NCBI GenBank assembly: GCA_963826405.1 | Contig: CAWGWR010000009.1 | Location: forward strand, 90,211 to 154,210 | Reading direction: 5' to 3' | Origin: an uncultured Actinomycetota bacterium | GTDB lineage: Bacteria > Actinomycetota > Actinomycetes > Propionibacteriales > Propionibacteriaceae | Length of the DNA stretch: 64,000 nucleotides | In this document: piece after piece, positions 39,062-48,580 of the stretch | How positions within the stretch are numbered: position 1 is the first letter of the stretch | Layout: each line of letters opens with the position of its first letter | The notes under the pieces: generated by a model | What the model saw: the letters and a program-made list of their open reading frames with translations, nothing else | What the model was told of the DNA's origin: nothing | The model's database searches: none | Translations under genes and position numbers: made by a program

Positions 39062-39841
39062 TCAGGGCCGTCCAAAACGAGCTTCGCCGGACGAGACGAC
39101 GGGAGGCTTGTGCTGCGGGAATCTCCACCGACGCAGGTCGGGCCGCCTGAGCAGAACCGCCCCCGCCACGAGCAGGCCCAGCAGGAAGCCGGTCACGTGG
39201 ACCTCGTAGGACACCGCGGCGGGGTACTCGGCTCGGCGTAGGACGACGGCGGTGAGGAAGAGCTGTGGTCCCACCCACAGGAGGAGGGCGAACCAGGTGG
39301 GTAGCCGCACCGGCACCGGCCCCACCAGGACCCGGACGCGGGCGAGGGGGGCGAGCAGGAGGTGGGCGCCGAGGACGCCCGCGACTCCTCCGCTCGCGCC
39401 GATGCTCGGCACCGTCAGGTTGGGCACGAGCAGCACGTGCGCGATGCCGCCGAGGGCGGCGCTGCCGAGGAACACGCCGAGCAGTCCGGTGCGTCCGAGG
39501 TCTTCCTCGACCCGGGGGGCGAAGGCTCCGAGGAAGGCAAGGTTGAACAGCAGGTGCAGCCAGGACGTGTGGATGAACACCGAGGTGACCAGCGTGGCTA
39601 GCCCTCGACCCTCGTGCAGGTCGTCGGGGATCGCCCCCCAGCGGCAGACGAAGCCCTGCACGGTGGAAGCGCTGGCCCGCAGAGCCTGTGGTGACTCGGT
39701 CAGGTCGGTGCAGTACGGCAGGGGCGGGGCGTGCTCCAGCAATGACGCGTGCACGAAGACGGCGACGAGCACGACGACCAGCCCGAGGGTCACGACGGGC
39801 CGCCGCACCGTGGGCGGTGACGCCATCTGGATGGGGATCAT
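39062..39841 (-). CDS. Rhomboid intramembrane serine protease
   Basis: FIHTSWLHLLFNL, GASGG (catalytic Ser), YEVHVTGF (catalytic His). Confidence 0.88.
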   Translation of the reverse strand: MIPIQMASPPTVRRPVVTLGLVVVLVAVFVHASLLEHAPPLPYCTDLTESPQALRASASTVQGFVCRWGAIPDDLHEGRGLATLVTSVFIHTSWLHLLFNLAFLGAFAPRVEEDLGRTGLLGVFLGSAALGGIAHVLLVPNLTVPSIGASGGVAGVLGAHLLLAPLARVRVLVGPVPVRLPTWFALLLWVGPQLFLTAVVLRRAEYPAAVSYEVHVTGFLLGLLVAGAVLLRRPDLRRWRFPQHKPPVVSSGEARFGRP

Positions 39842-39866
39842 GGTGTGCTCGGGGCCGCCGGCGGCA

Positions 39867-40499
39867 TCAGATGTGCTGCCCGTCCTCGACGCCGGGGGTG
39901 TGTCCGCCGCTGCTCACGTGTGCGGGGGACGGGCCCTCGGTGTGGGCGGGGGTGGCGAGGGTCGCGCCCGCCAGCCCCACGACGGTGAGGGCGGCAACGA
40001 GGCCGAGACCGATCAGCTGGGCAGCGGCGGGCAGTCCGCGGACCCGCAGCGGGCCGGTGACGCGGAGCAGGACCAGCGCCGCCCCGCCCGCCACCACGGC
40101 AAGCAGGCAGGCCGCCGCATCGGCCAGGGCGACCGGTTCGGGTTCACCGGCGTCGGGCCCGAACGGCAGGCCGGTGGTGCGTGAGACCAGCCAGACCAGC
40201 AACGGCCCCACCGACACCGCCAGGGCGCCGAGCAGCCGCGGACGGTCGACCCGGCGCAGCAGCGCCACGCCCACGACGAGCGCGGTGGCAGCGAGAAGGG
40301 CGAAGAACACCCCGGCAGCAGGCCAGTGGTCCACATGCTCGCGCACCACGGCAGCGTGCACGGCGGCCCCACCGAGCAGGCTGGCGACGAGCAGGACGCG
40401 GACAACTTCACCCGCGTCCTGCCCCCGGAACGGGCCGGTGGGCACCGGGCCGGAGGCCGGTGGGGCCAGCGGCTCGGTGACCACCGTTGTGGGGGTCAT
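39867..40499 (-). CDS. His-containing membrane protein, translationally coupled to the multicopper oxidase
   Basis: HAAVVREHVDHW, five hydrophobic segments, His-rich tail; ATGA overlap with the oxidase stop. Confidence 0.75.
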   Translation of the reverse strand: MTPTTVVTEPLAPPASGPVPTGPFRGQDAGEVVRVLLVASLLGGAAVHAAVVREHVDHWPAAGVFFALLAATALVVGVALLRRVDRPRLLGALAVSVGPLLVWLVSRTTGLPFGPDAGEPEPVALADAAACLLAVVAGGAALVLLRVTGPLRVRGLPAAAQLIGLGLVAALTVVGLAGATLATPAHTEGPSPAHVSSGGHTPGVEDGQHI

Positions 40500-42342
40500 G
40501 CTTCGAGCGACCACTGGACCATCATGCTCGTGCCCATGTCCATCGACGCCTTCGTCGCCACCTTGGCGTCGGTGGAGTCGGTGGTGGAGAACTGGGTCAT
40601 CATGTCGTGGTCCTCGTGGATCAGGTTGTGGCAGTGCATGACGTACTTCCCGGTGACGGGCTTGGTCGGGTCGATCTCGTCGGCGGCGGTGAACCGCATG
40701 ACCAGCTCGATGGTCTCGTTCGGGCCGACGTAGACAACGTCCTTCCAGCCCTTCTCGTACTCATAGGGGGCCCGGCCGTTGCGGGAGATGATCTGAAAGT
40801 CCACGAGGTGGATGTGGATCGGGTGGAACCACCCACCCGACTTGTTCTCCAACACCCACTTCTCGACGGTGTTCACCCGGGGAGCCGCCGCGACCCGACC
40901 GTTCCATGGCAGCCCGTTGATCACCCACAGACCGTTCTTCCGCTCGAAACGGAACCGCCGCGGGTTGGCGAGGTTGACGGCCTCCTTCTCCTCCGCGCCG
41001 AACTCGTAGTCGTTGAGCCGGGCCGGGACCGGGCTGCTGGCCACGACCGGACCAGCGGCCACGAACTGCATCACCTGCCCCATGTCGCCATCACCGGCCC
41101 GGTTGAGGAGGGTGAACTTCTCCCCGGGCTTGGCGTTGGTGAAGTCGACGACGAACTCGTAGCGCTCGGCCATCCCTTGACGCCACTCCTTGACCACCAC
41201 CGGCTTGGTCAACAGACCCGCCTCGGTCGCGATCGCGGTGACCGTCGGCGCCGGAGTGCCTGCGCTGCCAGCGGACACCTCAAGGCTGTACCCGCGGGAC
41301 AGGTCGGCCACGAGGATGCGGAACCGGTACCGGGTGCGGTCCACCGTCATCTTCGGCCACGCCCGCCCGTTGACCAAGATCACGTTGCCCCACAGGCTGT
41401 CGTGGCCCTTGTCGTCGTAGGCGACCTTGCCCTTCTCGTTGAACTGCATGTCCGCGATCACCATCGGCACGTCGTAGTCGCCCTTGGGCAGCTTGTCGAG
41501 GTTGAACTTCGCGATGCGGGCGGCGTCGGGGTCCTGGATGAACATGCCCACCAGACCCTTGTAGACGTTCCCCGCCGTCTGGTGCATCCCGTGGTCGTGG
41601 TACCAGAGGGTGCGGGCCTCCGCCCGGTTCGGGTAGCGGTACACGTGGGTGCCGTCATAGATCGGGCCGCCGTCGAACTCCGACACCTTCCCGGCCGGCA
41701 CCGTCCCCTTCTTGTAGGTCAGGTCGTCGGGGTGACCGTCGTGCGCCGGCTGCGTCGGCGAGGAGTGCAGGTGGGTGCTCGTCGGGTTCGGCAGCTCGTT
41801 GGTGTGAGAAACCACCGTGTACGCACCGTTCTCGGTCTGGCGGAAGAGCGGGCCGGGGTAGATGCCGTTGTAGCCCCAGATCTCCGTGCGCGGGAACGGC
41901 GACGGCAGCAGGTCGGCCGAATCCACCTTCTGCGTCACGTCGTAGTAGTTCACCCGGGCCTGCTGACCCATCACCGTCTCCGACACCGTCCGGTCCGGCT
42001 CAACCACCGGCATGATCAACAGCTCGCGCTGGAACTTCGGCACCCTCGGCCCCTTCATCGGAGCGCTACCACTGATCACCCCCGGCACCAACGCCTGCTG
42101 AACCGCATCCGACTGACCGCCGAACAGGCCGGTCCGGGCCAACACCGGACCCGAAACCAACACCCCCGCACCAGCAACCGCCATCTGAACCAACGACCGC
42201 CGCGACACCCCGCCCGGGGCCCCTGCGACCGGCGAACCGTCAGTCGTGTGCTCGTTCCCGCGGTCTGCGGTTTTTTCTCGTTCTCGTTCTCGTTCTCGTT
42301 CTCGTTCTGGAGCTTGACTACGTTGTGACGCGAGATCTTCAT
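40496..42342 (-). CDS. Tat-exported multicopper oxidase (bilirubin oxidase/CotA type); probable frameshift in the A6 run at 42271-42276
   Basis: STHLH, WYHDH, HPIHIH, HCHNLIHEDHDMM copper motifs; SRRSLV Tat motif. The RBS-preceded ATG 42342 is out of frame; in-frame alternative GTG 42208. Confidence 0.9.
42271..42306. repeat. Simple sequence repeat (CTCGTT)5 plus T6 run
   Basis: TTTTTT followed by five exact CTCGTT units. Confidence 0.95.
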
Positions 42343-42532
42343 GGTGCTTGTCCCCCCGGACATCCAGTGCTGAAGCGGGCCAGCGCTCCAAGGCTCCTGG
42401 TCCCCGGAGCGGTCCCGGTCGGCTTGTGGTCCGCCCGGTTACCCGCTGCCTCAAGCCTGGATCAGCCGGTTCCTTCCCAGAACCCTCACGGGTGGGGGAC
42501 GCCGCCCCCCCCAAACACGGGGGTGGCTCTGG

Positions 42533-42943
42533 TCAGCCGGACACGAGGCCGGCGGCCAGGTCCTCGGGCCAGGCGGTACCGCCGCGAGCCACATGGCGCA
42601 CGGCCTCCAGCACCAGCGCCGCATCGGCACCTTTCGCCAGGTAGCCGACGGCGCCGAAGGCCTCCGCAGCCGCGCGGTTCCGGCTCACTGGGTCGGAGGT
42701 GAAGAAGAGGACGCGGGCGGTGGATCCCCCTCGCTGGAGATCGGCAGCAGCCTCCAGCCCGGACCGAGTCGTCATCCGCACGTCCATCAGCACAACCTGC
42801 GGCTCCAGCTCGGCGACGGCCTCGACCACGCCGGCACCGTCGGCGCACTCCCCAACGGCCTCCAGGTCGTCGCTGGCGTTCAGCAGGTCGACGAGGGTTC
42901 CGCGGAAGAAGTCGTGGTCGTCCACGACAAGAACGCGCGTCAT
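42533..42943 (-). CDS. Receiver-only response regulator
   Basis: VLVVDDH, VVLMDVRM, FFTS, YLAK; no output domain (136 aa). Confidence 0.88.
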   Translation of the reverse strand: MTRVLVVDDHDFFRGTLVDLLNASDDLEAVGECADGAGVVEAVAELEPQVVLMDVRMTTRSGLEAAADLQRGGSTARVLFFTSDPVSRNRAAAEAFGAVGYLAKGADAALVLEAVRHVARGGTAWPEDLAAGLVSG

Positions 42944-43308
42944 CCGGGCCTCTCCTCACCTGGGGGGCGGTCAGCGGAACCGCTCGTCCCAGGATGGACA
43001 TCTCAGAGGTAAATTTCCACCCACCCGGGGGGGGTTTCGGATCCCCCAGGATGAGGGGTCCGGTGATGCCCCCCTCGTCGGGGGGAACCATTCCACCCCC
43101 TCCTGAGGCTGCCGGCTGGTTTCGACGAGCACCAGACTCGGGCTTTGATGTGCGGGGTGACCGCAAGACCCCCTCGTCGTCGGCCGTGAGGCTGCACCGG
43201 GCACCAGAACGCCCTATGACCCGTCGCCGGGTCCTCAGGAGAGAACGTGATGACCGCAAGCTGCACGACCACCCGGCCAGCCGGGCCAACCTCCCGCAGA
43301 GGTCGGAG

Positions 43309-44610
43309 GTGAGGGTTCTCCGCCGAGGGCTCGGACTGCTCCTCCTGCTCTTGCTGGGAAGCGGGCTGTGGGCTCCTCCGGCCTCCGCCCACACCAGGCT
43401 GGTGGATGCCACGCCGGCCGAAGGGTCAGTGCTCGCGACGGCGCCCCAGGCGGTCGAGCTCCAATTCACCGAACCTGTCACGGTGGTCGAGAGCGCCTTC
43501 GTTCTCTACGACAGCGCGGGCGTACACGGCGTGGATGGCGTCCCGAGCACGGTGATGGTCACCAGCCGCGACCAGGTGGTCAGTGCCACCCTGCCCGGAG
43601 GGCTCGACCGAGGTAGCTACTCACTGAGCTGGCGGGTGGTCTCCGCGGACGGCCACCCGATCGGGGGAGCGACAGGTTTCGCCGTCGGAGCACCGTCAGG
43701 GCCGCTCGCCGCTCCCGTGCTCGACGCGCAGACCGAAGGTGTCGCCCGGCTGCACACCGCTGTTCAGGTGCTCGGTTGGCTCGGTCTGCTGGGCGGGGTA
43801 GGGCTCTGGGTCTTCCGCCGGGTGGTAGCCCCCGGGGACCGGACTGCCGGGGGCCAGCACCTGGTCGAGGCAGGTCTGGCTCTGGCTGTGGCCAGCGCGG
43901 CCCTGCTGGTGGGCACCAGCGGTGTGCAGGAAGCGGGCGGAGGGTGGGCTGACCTCACGCGGGCCCGCGCCTGGCGGGATGGCTTGATGTCCGGCTCCGG
44001 TCTGGCCCTGGGACTGCTGGCCCTCGGCGTCGCCCTGGTGCTGGGGGCGGGGCGCCTGCCCCCGTCCGTCGGCCGCGTCGTCGGGCTCGTGGGCTCCCTG
44101 CTCGCGTTGAGCTCGGTGCTGGCGACCGGCCACACCCGCTCGATCGGGCCCGGCTGGCTGATGAGTCTGCTCGACCTCGTGCACGTCAGCGCAGCCGCCG
44201 TCTGGTCCGGCGGCCTCGCCGGGCTGGGCCTCTACCTGCTGGCAGCACGGCGGGGACCGAGCGGCGCCGTCGCGAGCGCTGCCGTCGTCGCCCGCTTCTC
44301 GGCGCTGGCCGGGTTCCTGGTCAGCTTGCTGGGAGCGAGCGGACTGGGGATGGCCATCCTGGTGCTCCAGCGTCCGGCCGATCTGACCGGTACGGGTTGG
44401 GGGCGCGCCCTGCTGGCCAAGCTTGCGCTCGTGGCCGTGGTCGGTCTGCTCGCAGCCTGGAACCGTTTCCACCTTGTCGCCGCGGTGAGCCGACCGTCGA
44501 CCCCGACGGAGCAGTGGTATCGCCTCCGGTCCGCGGTCGTCGACGAGGCCGTGATCGTGGTGCTCGCTCTGGCGGTGACCGGCGTGCTGGTCGGTCAGAG
44601 CCCGCTGTAA
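43309..44610 (+). CDS. CopC-CopD copper uptake/resistance fusion
   Basis: Signal peptide ending ASA-HT (N-terminal His), WRVVSADGHP; CopD part GHTRS..DLVHV.AAAVWSGGL..RFS..KL. Confidence 0.88.
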   Translation: MRVLRRGLGLLLLLLLGSGLWAPPASAHTRLVDATPAEGSVLATAPQAVELQFTEPVTVVESAFVLYDSAGVHGVDGVPSTVMVTSRDQVVSATLPGGLDRGSYSLSWRVVSADGHPIGGATGFAVGAPSGPLAAPVLDAQTEGVARLHTAVQVLGWLGLLGGVGLWVFRRVVAPGDRTAGGQHLVEAGLALAVASAALLVGTSGVQEAGGGWADLTRARAWRDGLMSGSGLALGLLALGVALVLGAGRLPPSVGRVVGLVGSLLALSSVLATGHTRSIGPGWLMSLLDLVHVSAAAVWSGGLAGLGLYLLAARRGPSGAVASAAVVARFSALAGFLVSLLGASGLGMAILVLQRPADLTGTGWGRALLAKLALVAVVGLLAAWNRFHLVAAVSRPSTPTEQWYRLRSAVVDEAVIVVLALAVTGVLVGQSPL

Positions 44611-44689
44611 GTCGACGCGCCCCGATCGTTCCGTGCTGACTCGAGAGCCGCCCGCCGGAGCGCGGTCCGCCCGACCAGGCCAGCAGAAG

Positions 44690-46066
44690 TCAACGGTCCT
44701 CGAGGTCGATGGGAAGCTCCACCTCGATCGAGGTGCCCTGTCCCGGGCCCGTGGCGATCACGAACCGACCGTCAAGGCTCTCGACGCGATCGGCCAGCAG
44801 CCGAAGCCCTAGATGACCCTCCGCACGACGGTCGAGCTGGGAGACCTCGGCACCGACCCCGTCGTCAGCGATGACCAGGCGCACCCAGCGCTGCTCGAAC
44901 TCCGCCGGAACCGCCGGTCGCGTGCTGAGCGACACCGTCAGATGGCTGGCCCGGGAGTGCTTGACGACGTTGGCCAGGCTCTCCCGCGCGACCCGGTAGA
45001 GGGTCGTCACCTGGTCCTTGCCCAGGCCGGCCACGTCGTCGAGCTGGAGGTCGACCTCGATCCCTGCGGTCCGCGCGGGGGCGGTGAGGACGCCGATCGC
45101 CTCGTTGAGGTTGCCGTCGTCCAGGTCCGGCGGATAGAGATCGGTCATCAGGGTCCGCAGGCTCTGCACCGAGCGCTGCAGGGCCTCCTGCACGCGGGCG
45201 ACCAGCGGCGCGTGCCGTGGGTCCACCGACGGCGCCACCGCCCCGAGGGCGTAGCCGATGCCGGCGAGATCTTGGATGGGGCCGTCGTGCAGGTCAGCAG
45301 CGAAGCGCACCCGCTCGGCGTCCGAGCTGGAGAGCGCCCGCTCCAGCAGGCGGGACCGGTCGTTCTCGTGCCGCTTGAGCCTGCGGGCCAAGGAGACCGC
45401 GACGAGGATCTGAACCGCCTGGACGATCAGCAACGGCACCAGCACCAGCGGCAGGATCTGGCTCACCAGCCGGTCGGCCAGCCGGTCGACCCTGCCGTAG
45501 TCGTAATAGGCCTCGAAGACCAGCGGCTGCAGCCCGGCGACCTTGAGCGGGACGTAGACCTCGACGTAACGCGCGGGCCCGGTGCTGCCGCTCAGCGAGC
45601 GGCTGTCCGTGTTGGACTGGCCGTCGGCCTCTGGCGGGTCGTCCTCGAAGGCGGCGCTGGTCTTACCCGCGAGGGCGTCGACCACCGACTCGGGGACGGG
45701 ATTGATGACGTCGCCGATGTCGTCGGGCTCGTTGCTGAACAGGACGCGGCCATCGGCTGCCCAGACCGTGACCTCGGTGAGGTAACCGTCCGACATCCGG
45801 TCCTTGATGATGCGGGCCAGCTCCTCCGCCTTCGCCGGGTCCTCGTTGAGGTAGCCGGGGAGAATCGGCTTGACGATGAGGGTGGAGAGGCGCTCGGTCA
45901 TCCGCACCGACTCCTCCAGCGCCTGGTTCTCCGCCACCTGGCGCGTCGCGAAGGCCGCACCCAGACCGACCAGCAGCATCACGACCGAGCCGATGCAGAC
46001 GAGCACCGCGATCTCTCGACGCGCACCCAACCGGATGACCCGGACGCCGCGCGCCCGACGCCTCAT
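44690..46066 (-). CDS. Membrane sensor histidine kinase (HisKA_3 type)
   Basis: Two TM segments, ADLHDGPIQ, RESLANVVKHS, DDGVG, GHLGL; ATG overlaps the upstream regulator stop. Confidence 0.9.
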   Translation of the reverse strand: MRRRARGVRVIRLGARREIAVLVCIGSVVMLLVGLGAAFATRQVAENQALEESVRMTERLSTLIVKPILPGYLNEDPAKAEELARIIKDRMSDGYLTEVTVWAADGRVLFSNEPDDIGDVINPVPESVVDALAGKTSAAFEDDPPEADGQSNTDSRSLSGSTGPARYVEVYVPLKVAGLQPLVFEAYYDYGRVDRLADRLVSQILPLVLVPLLIVQAVQILVAVSLARRLKRHENDRSRLLERALSSSDAERVRFAADLHDGPIQDLAGIGYALGAVAPSVDPRHAPLVARVQEALQRSVQSLRTLMTDLYPPDLDDGNLNEAIGVLTAPARTAGIEVDLQLDDVAGLGKDQVTTLYRVARESLANVVKHSRASHLTVSLSTRPAVPAEFEQRWVRLVIADDGVGAEVSQLDRRAEGHLGLRLLADRVESLDGRFVIATGPGQGTSIEVELPIDLEDR

Positions 46067-46758
46067 GAGTCGAGCATCTGCAGCTGCCGGGCTTTGTTGA
46101 GCGCCTCGATCCGACTGCTGACGTGCAACTTGGCGTACACCGTCTTGATGTAACCGCGGCAGGTGTGGATGCTGATCCCCATCACCTTGGCCACGCTCTT
46201 GGCCTGAAGTCCCTGGCCGATGTAGCCGAGCACCTCGAGCTCCCGGGCGGTCAGAGCGTCCGGTCCACCCTCCGCCGCCGCAGCGGGCTGAGAGGTGCGG
46301 CGCAAGGACGGGGCGACGACCAACCGGCCGGGTCGGGCCGCACGCAGCAGGTCGACCATCTCCAACAGGGAACCGCCCTTGGGAATGAAGGCCGAGGCGC
46401 CCGCCTGCGCTGCGCGCGCGACCCACTCGGCGTCAGTGTGGGCGGTCACCACGGCGACCGCCGTCCTCGGACTGACCTGGCGGAGACGCCGCGTGGCGGC
46501 CAGGCCGTCGGTACCCGGCATCTGGATATCCATCACGACGACGTCGGGCTTGAGGCGGGCAGCCACGGTCACGCCCTCGACGGCTGATGATGCCGTCCCC
46601 AGGCAGCGGAACCCGGGCACGGTCGCGAGCGCGGCCGTCAGCAGGTCGCTGAAGCACTGGTGGTCATCGACCACGAGCACCGTGGTCTCTAAGCGATCGC
46701 CTGCCAGATCCGCTGGCCCTGCACTCGCCTGGTCGTGCGTCATCACACCGTTCGACAT
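46063..46758 (-). CDS. NarL/LuxR-family response regulator, cognate to the adjacent kinase
   Basis: VLVVDDH, DVVVMDIQMP, LTARELEVL..GL..KSVA..MGIS HTH. Confidence 0.92.
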   Translation of the reverse strand: MSNGVMTHDQASAGPADLAGDRLETTVLVVDDHQCFSDLLTAALATVPGFRCLGTASSAVEGVTVAARLKPDVVVMDIQMPGTDGLAATRRLRQVSPRTAVAVVTAHTDAEWVARAAQAGASAFIPKGGSLLEMVDLLRAARPGRLVVAPSLRRTSQPAAAAEGGPDALTARELEVLGYIGQGLQAKSVAKVMGISIHTCRGYIKTVYAKLHVSSRIEALNKARQLQMLDS

Positions 46759-46836
46759 TTGTCCCCCCGGAGAACGTCGTGACGCCCAGGATAGGACGAC
46801 CCGAGGGGCGATCGGAGCGAATGGAGGAAAGCAACG

Positions 46837-47376
46837 TTAAAGTGGAGCACTTTTCTGCGACCAGCCCGCTCGGGCCAGGACGGCCTCGGCTGATTCCCGC
46901 GGGCTCAGCCCGTCCACCTCGACCGTCCCGTCCTCGACGACGGCCCTGTCAAGCAACGTGTCGAGCTCGCCGCGGCGGGCCAGGTGCCATCTCAGGCCAC
47001 CGGGATCGTCCGCGTGCCGCCGCCGGAGACGCGCCTCGACCAAGGCCGCCGCCCCGCGCAGGCGCACCACCTGGAGGGGAACCTCGAGGACGTCGGCGTA
47101 CCGCTCCCGGTCGCGCCGGCTCTCGCACACCCCGGCGAGCACCAGCCGCTCGGCGCCGGCATCGCGGTAGGCGCTGGTCAGGGCGGCGAGGTTGCGCAGC
47201 TCCAGCGCGGTCTGGAAGGGGTCGCCCTCCGGAGCCGGCCAGCAGCGCCGCAGCTGGTCGAGGTCGACGACGGCGTGAGGCAGGCCGAGTTCTCGGAGGC
47301 GCCCCCCGACCGCGTCCGCGGTTGTCGTCTTGCCCACGCCAACGGTTCCGGTGAGCAGGAGCGCGGAACAGGCCAT
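46837..47376 (-). CDS. Small P-loop kinase-like protein
   Basis: GTVGVGKTT Walker A, VVDLD; TAGCGT -10 six nt before the ATG. Confidence 0.75.
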   Translation of the reverse strand: MACSALLLTGTVGVGKTTTADAVGGRLRELGLPHAVVDLDQLRRCWPAPEGDPFQTALELRNLAALTSAYRDAGAERLVLAGVCESRRDRERYADVLEVPLQVVRLRGAAALVEARLRRRHADDPGGLRWHLARRGELDTLLDRAVVEDGTVEVDGLSPRESAEAVLARAGWSQKSAPL

Positions 47377-47432
47377 GAGGCGACGCTAGGCGGCCCTCGG
47401 GCACGGTGTGACCCAGGGCACTCCGAGGGTGT

Positions 47433-47459
47433 GGAATTGCCGCCGACCCCTCCTGGTTG
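47433..47459 (+). promoter_or_regulatory. SigR/SigH-type promoter
   Basis: GGAAT-N18-GTTG directly upstream of the OYE gene ATG (47468). Confidence 0.7.
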
Positions 47460-47467
47460 AAACGCCC

Positions 47468-48568
47468 ATGCCCCACCTCTTCACGCCGATGACCCTGCGC
47501 GACCTGACGATCCCCAACCGGGTCTGGCTGGCCCCCATGTGCCAGTACTCCGTCCTCGCTGAGGACGGTGTGCCGACCAGCTGGCACCTGGTCCACCTGG
47601 GTTCCCGGGCACAGGGCGGCTTCGGGCTGATCATCACCGAGGCCACCGCCGTGGTCCCCGAGGGACGGATCAGCCCGCAGGACACGGGGCTGTGGAACGA
47701 CGAGCAACGCGACGCCTGGGCTCCGATCGTCGACTTCGTGCACGAGCAGGGATCCAAGATCGGTGTCCAGCTGGCGCACGCCGGCCGCAAGGCCTCCACC
47801 TACCGCGGCTTCCCGGGAGAACCGACCGGCAGCGTGGGGGAGGACGAGGGCGGCTGGACCAGCGTCGGGCCGACGACTGACGGCTTCGCCGGCTACACCG
47901 CCCCCCGTGCACTCTCGGGCGATGAGGTCGCCGCCGTCATCGCTTCCTTCGCAGACGCGGCCAGGCGCTCCGACGAGGCCGGCTTCGACGTCATCGAGGT
48001 GCACGCCGCGCACGGCTACCTCCTGCACCAGTTCCTCTCACCGCTCTCCAACACCCGCACCGACGGCTACGGCGGCGACTTCGCCGGCCGGACGCGGCTG
48101 CTGCTCGAGATCGTCGACGCGGTCCGCGCCGTCTGGCCCGCCGGCAAGCCGCTCTTCGTGCGCCTCTCGGCCACCGACTGGACCGAGGGCGGATGGAGCG
48201 GTGAGGACTCGGTCCGGCTCGCCGCGCTGCTGGGTCAGCGTGGCGTCGACCTCGTCGACGTCTCCACCGGTGGCAACGTGCTGGCCGACATCCCCGTCGG
48301 CCCCGGCTACCAGCTCCCCTTCTCCGAGGCCATCCGGCGGCAGGCTTTTATCCCCACCGGCGCCGTCGGGCTGATCACGAGCCCACAGCAGGCGGAGGAG
48401 GTGCTGGCGTCGGGTCAGGCGGACGCCGTTCTGCTCGCGCGCGCAGCACTGCGCGAGCCGTCCTGGCCCCTGCGTGCGGCGGCCGAGCTCGGGCTCCGCT
48501 GGCGCGACGCCCCCTACCCGCCGGCGTACACGCGCGGTACCTGGGACGACGTGCTCACCCCCGCCTGA
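47468..48568 (+). CDS. NADH:flavin oxidoreductase (Old Yellow Enzyme, YqjM/NamA-like)
   Basis: NRVWLAPMCQYS, QLAHAGRK, EVHAAHGYLLHQFLSP.SN.R.D.YGG, RLSATD. Confidence 0.92.
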   Translation: MPHLFTPMTLRDLTIPNRVWLAPMCQYSVLAEDGVPTSWHLVHLGSRAQGGFGLIITEATAVVPEGRISPQDTGLWNDEQRDAWAPIVDFVHEQGSKIGVQLAHAGRKASTYRGFPGEPTGSVGEDEGGWTSVGPTTDGFAGYTAPRALSGDEVAAVIASFADAARRSDEAGFDVIEVHAAHGYLLHQFLSPLSNTRTDGYGGDFAGRTRLLLEIVDAVRAVWPAGKPLFVRLSATDWTEGGWSGEDSVRLAALLGQRGVDLVDVSTGGNVLADIPVGPGYQLPFSEAIRRQAFIPTGAVGLITSPQQAEEVLASGQADAVLLARAALREPSWPLRAAAELGLRWRDAPYPPAYTRGTWDDVLTPA

Positions 48569-48580
48569 CCGGCCCCTTCA

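Noticed and set aside
42268-42279. Programmed -1 ribosomal frameshift at GAG AAA AAA C
   Set aside because: The canonical A_AAA_AAC heptamer is not in the translated frame; miscall or slipped-strand variation is simpler.
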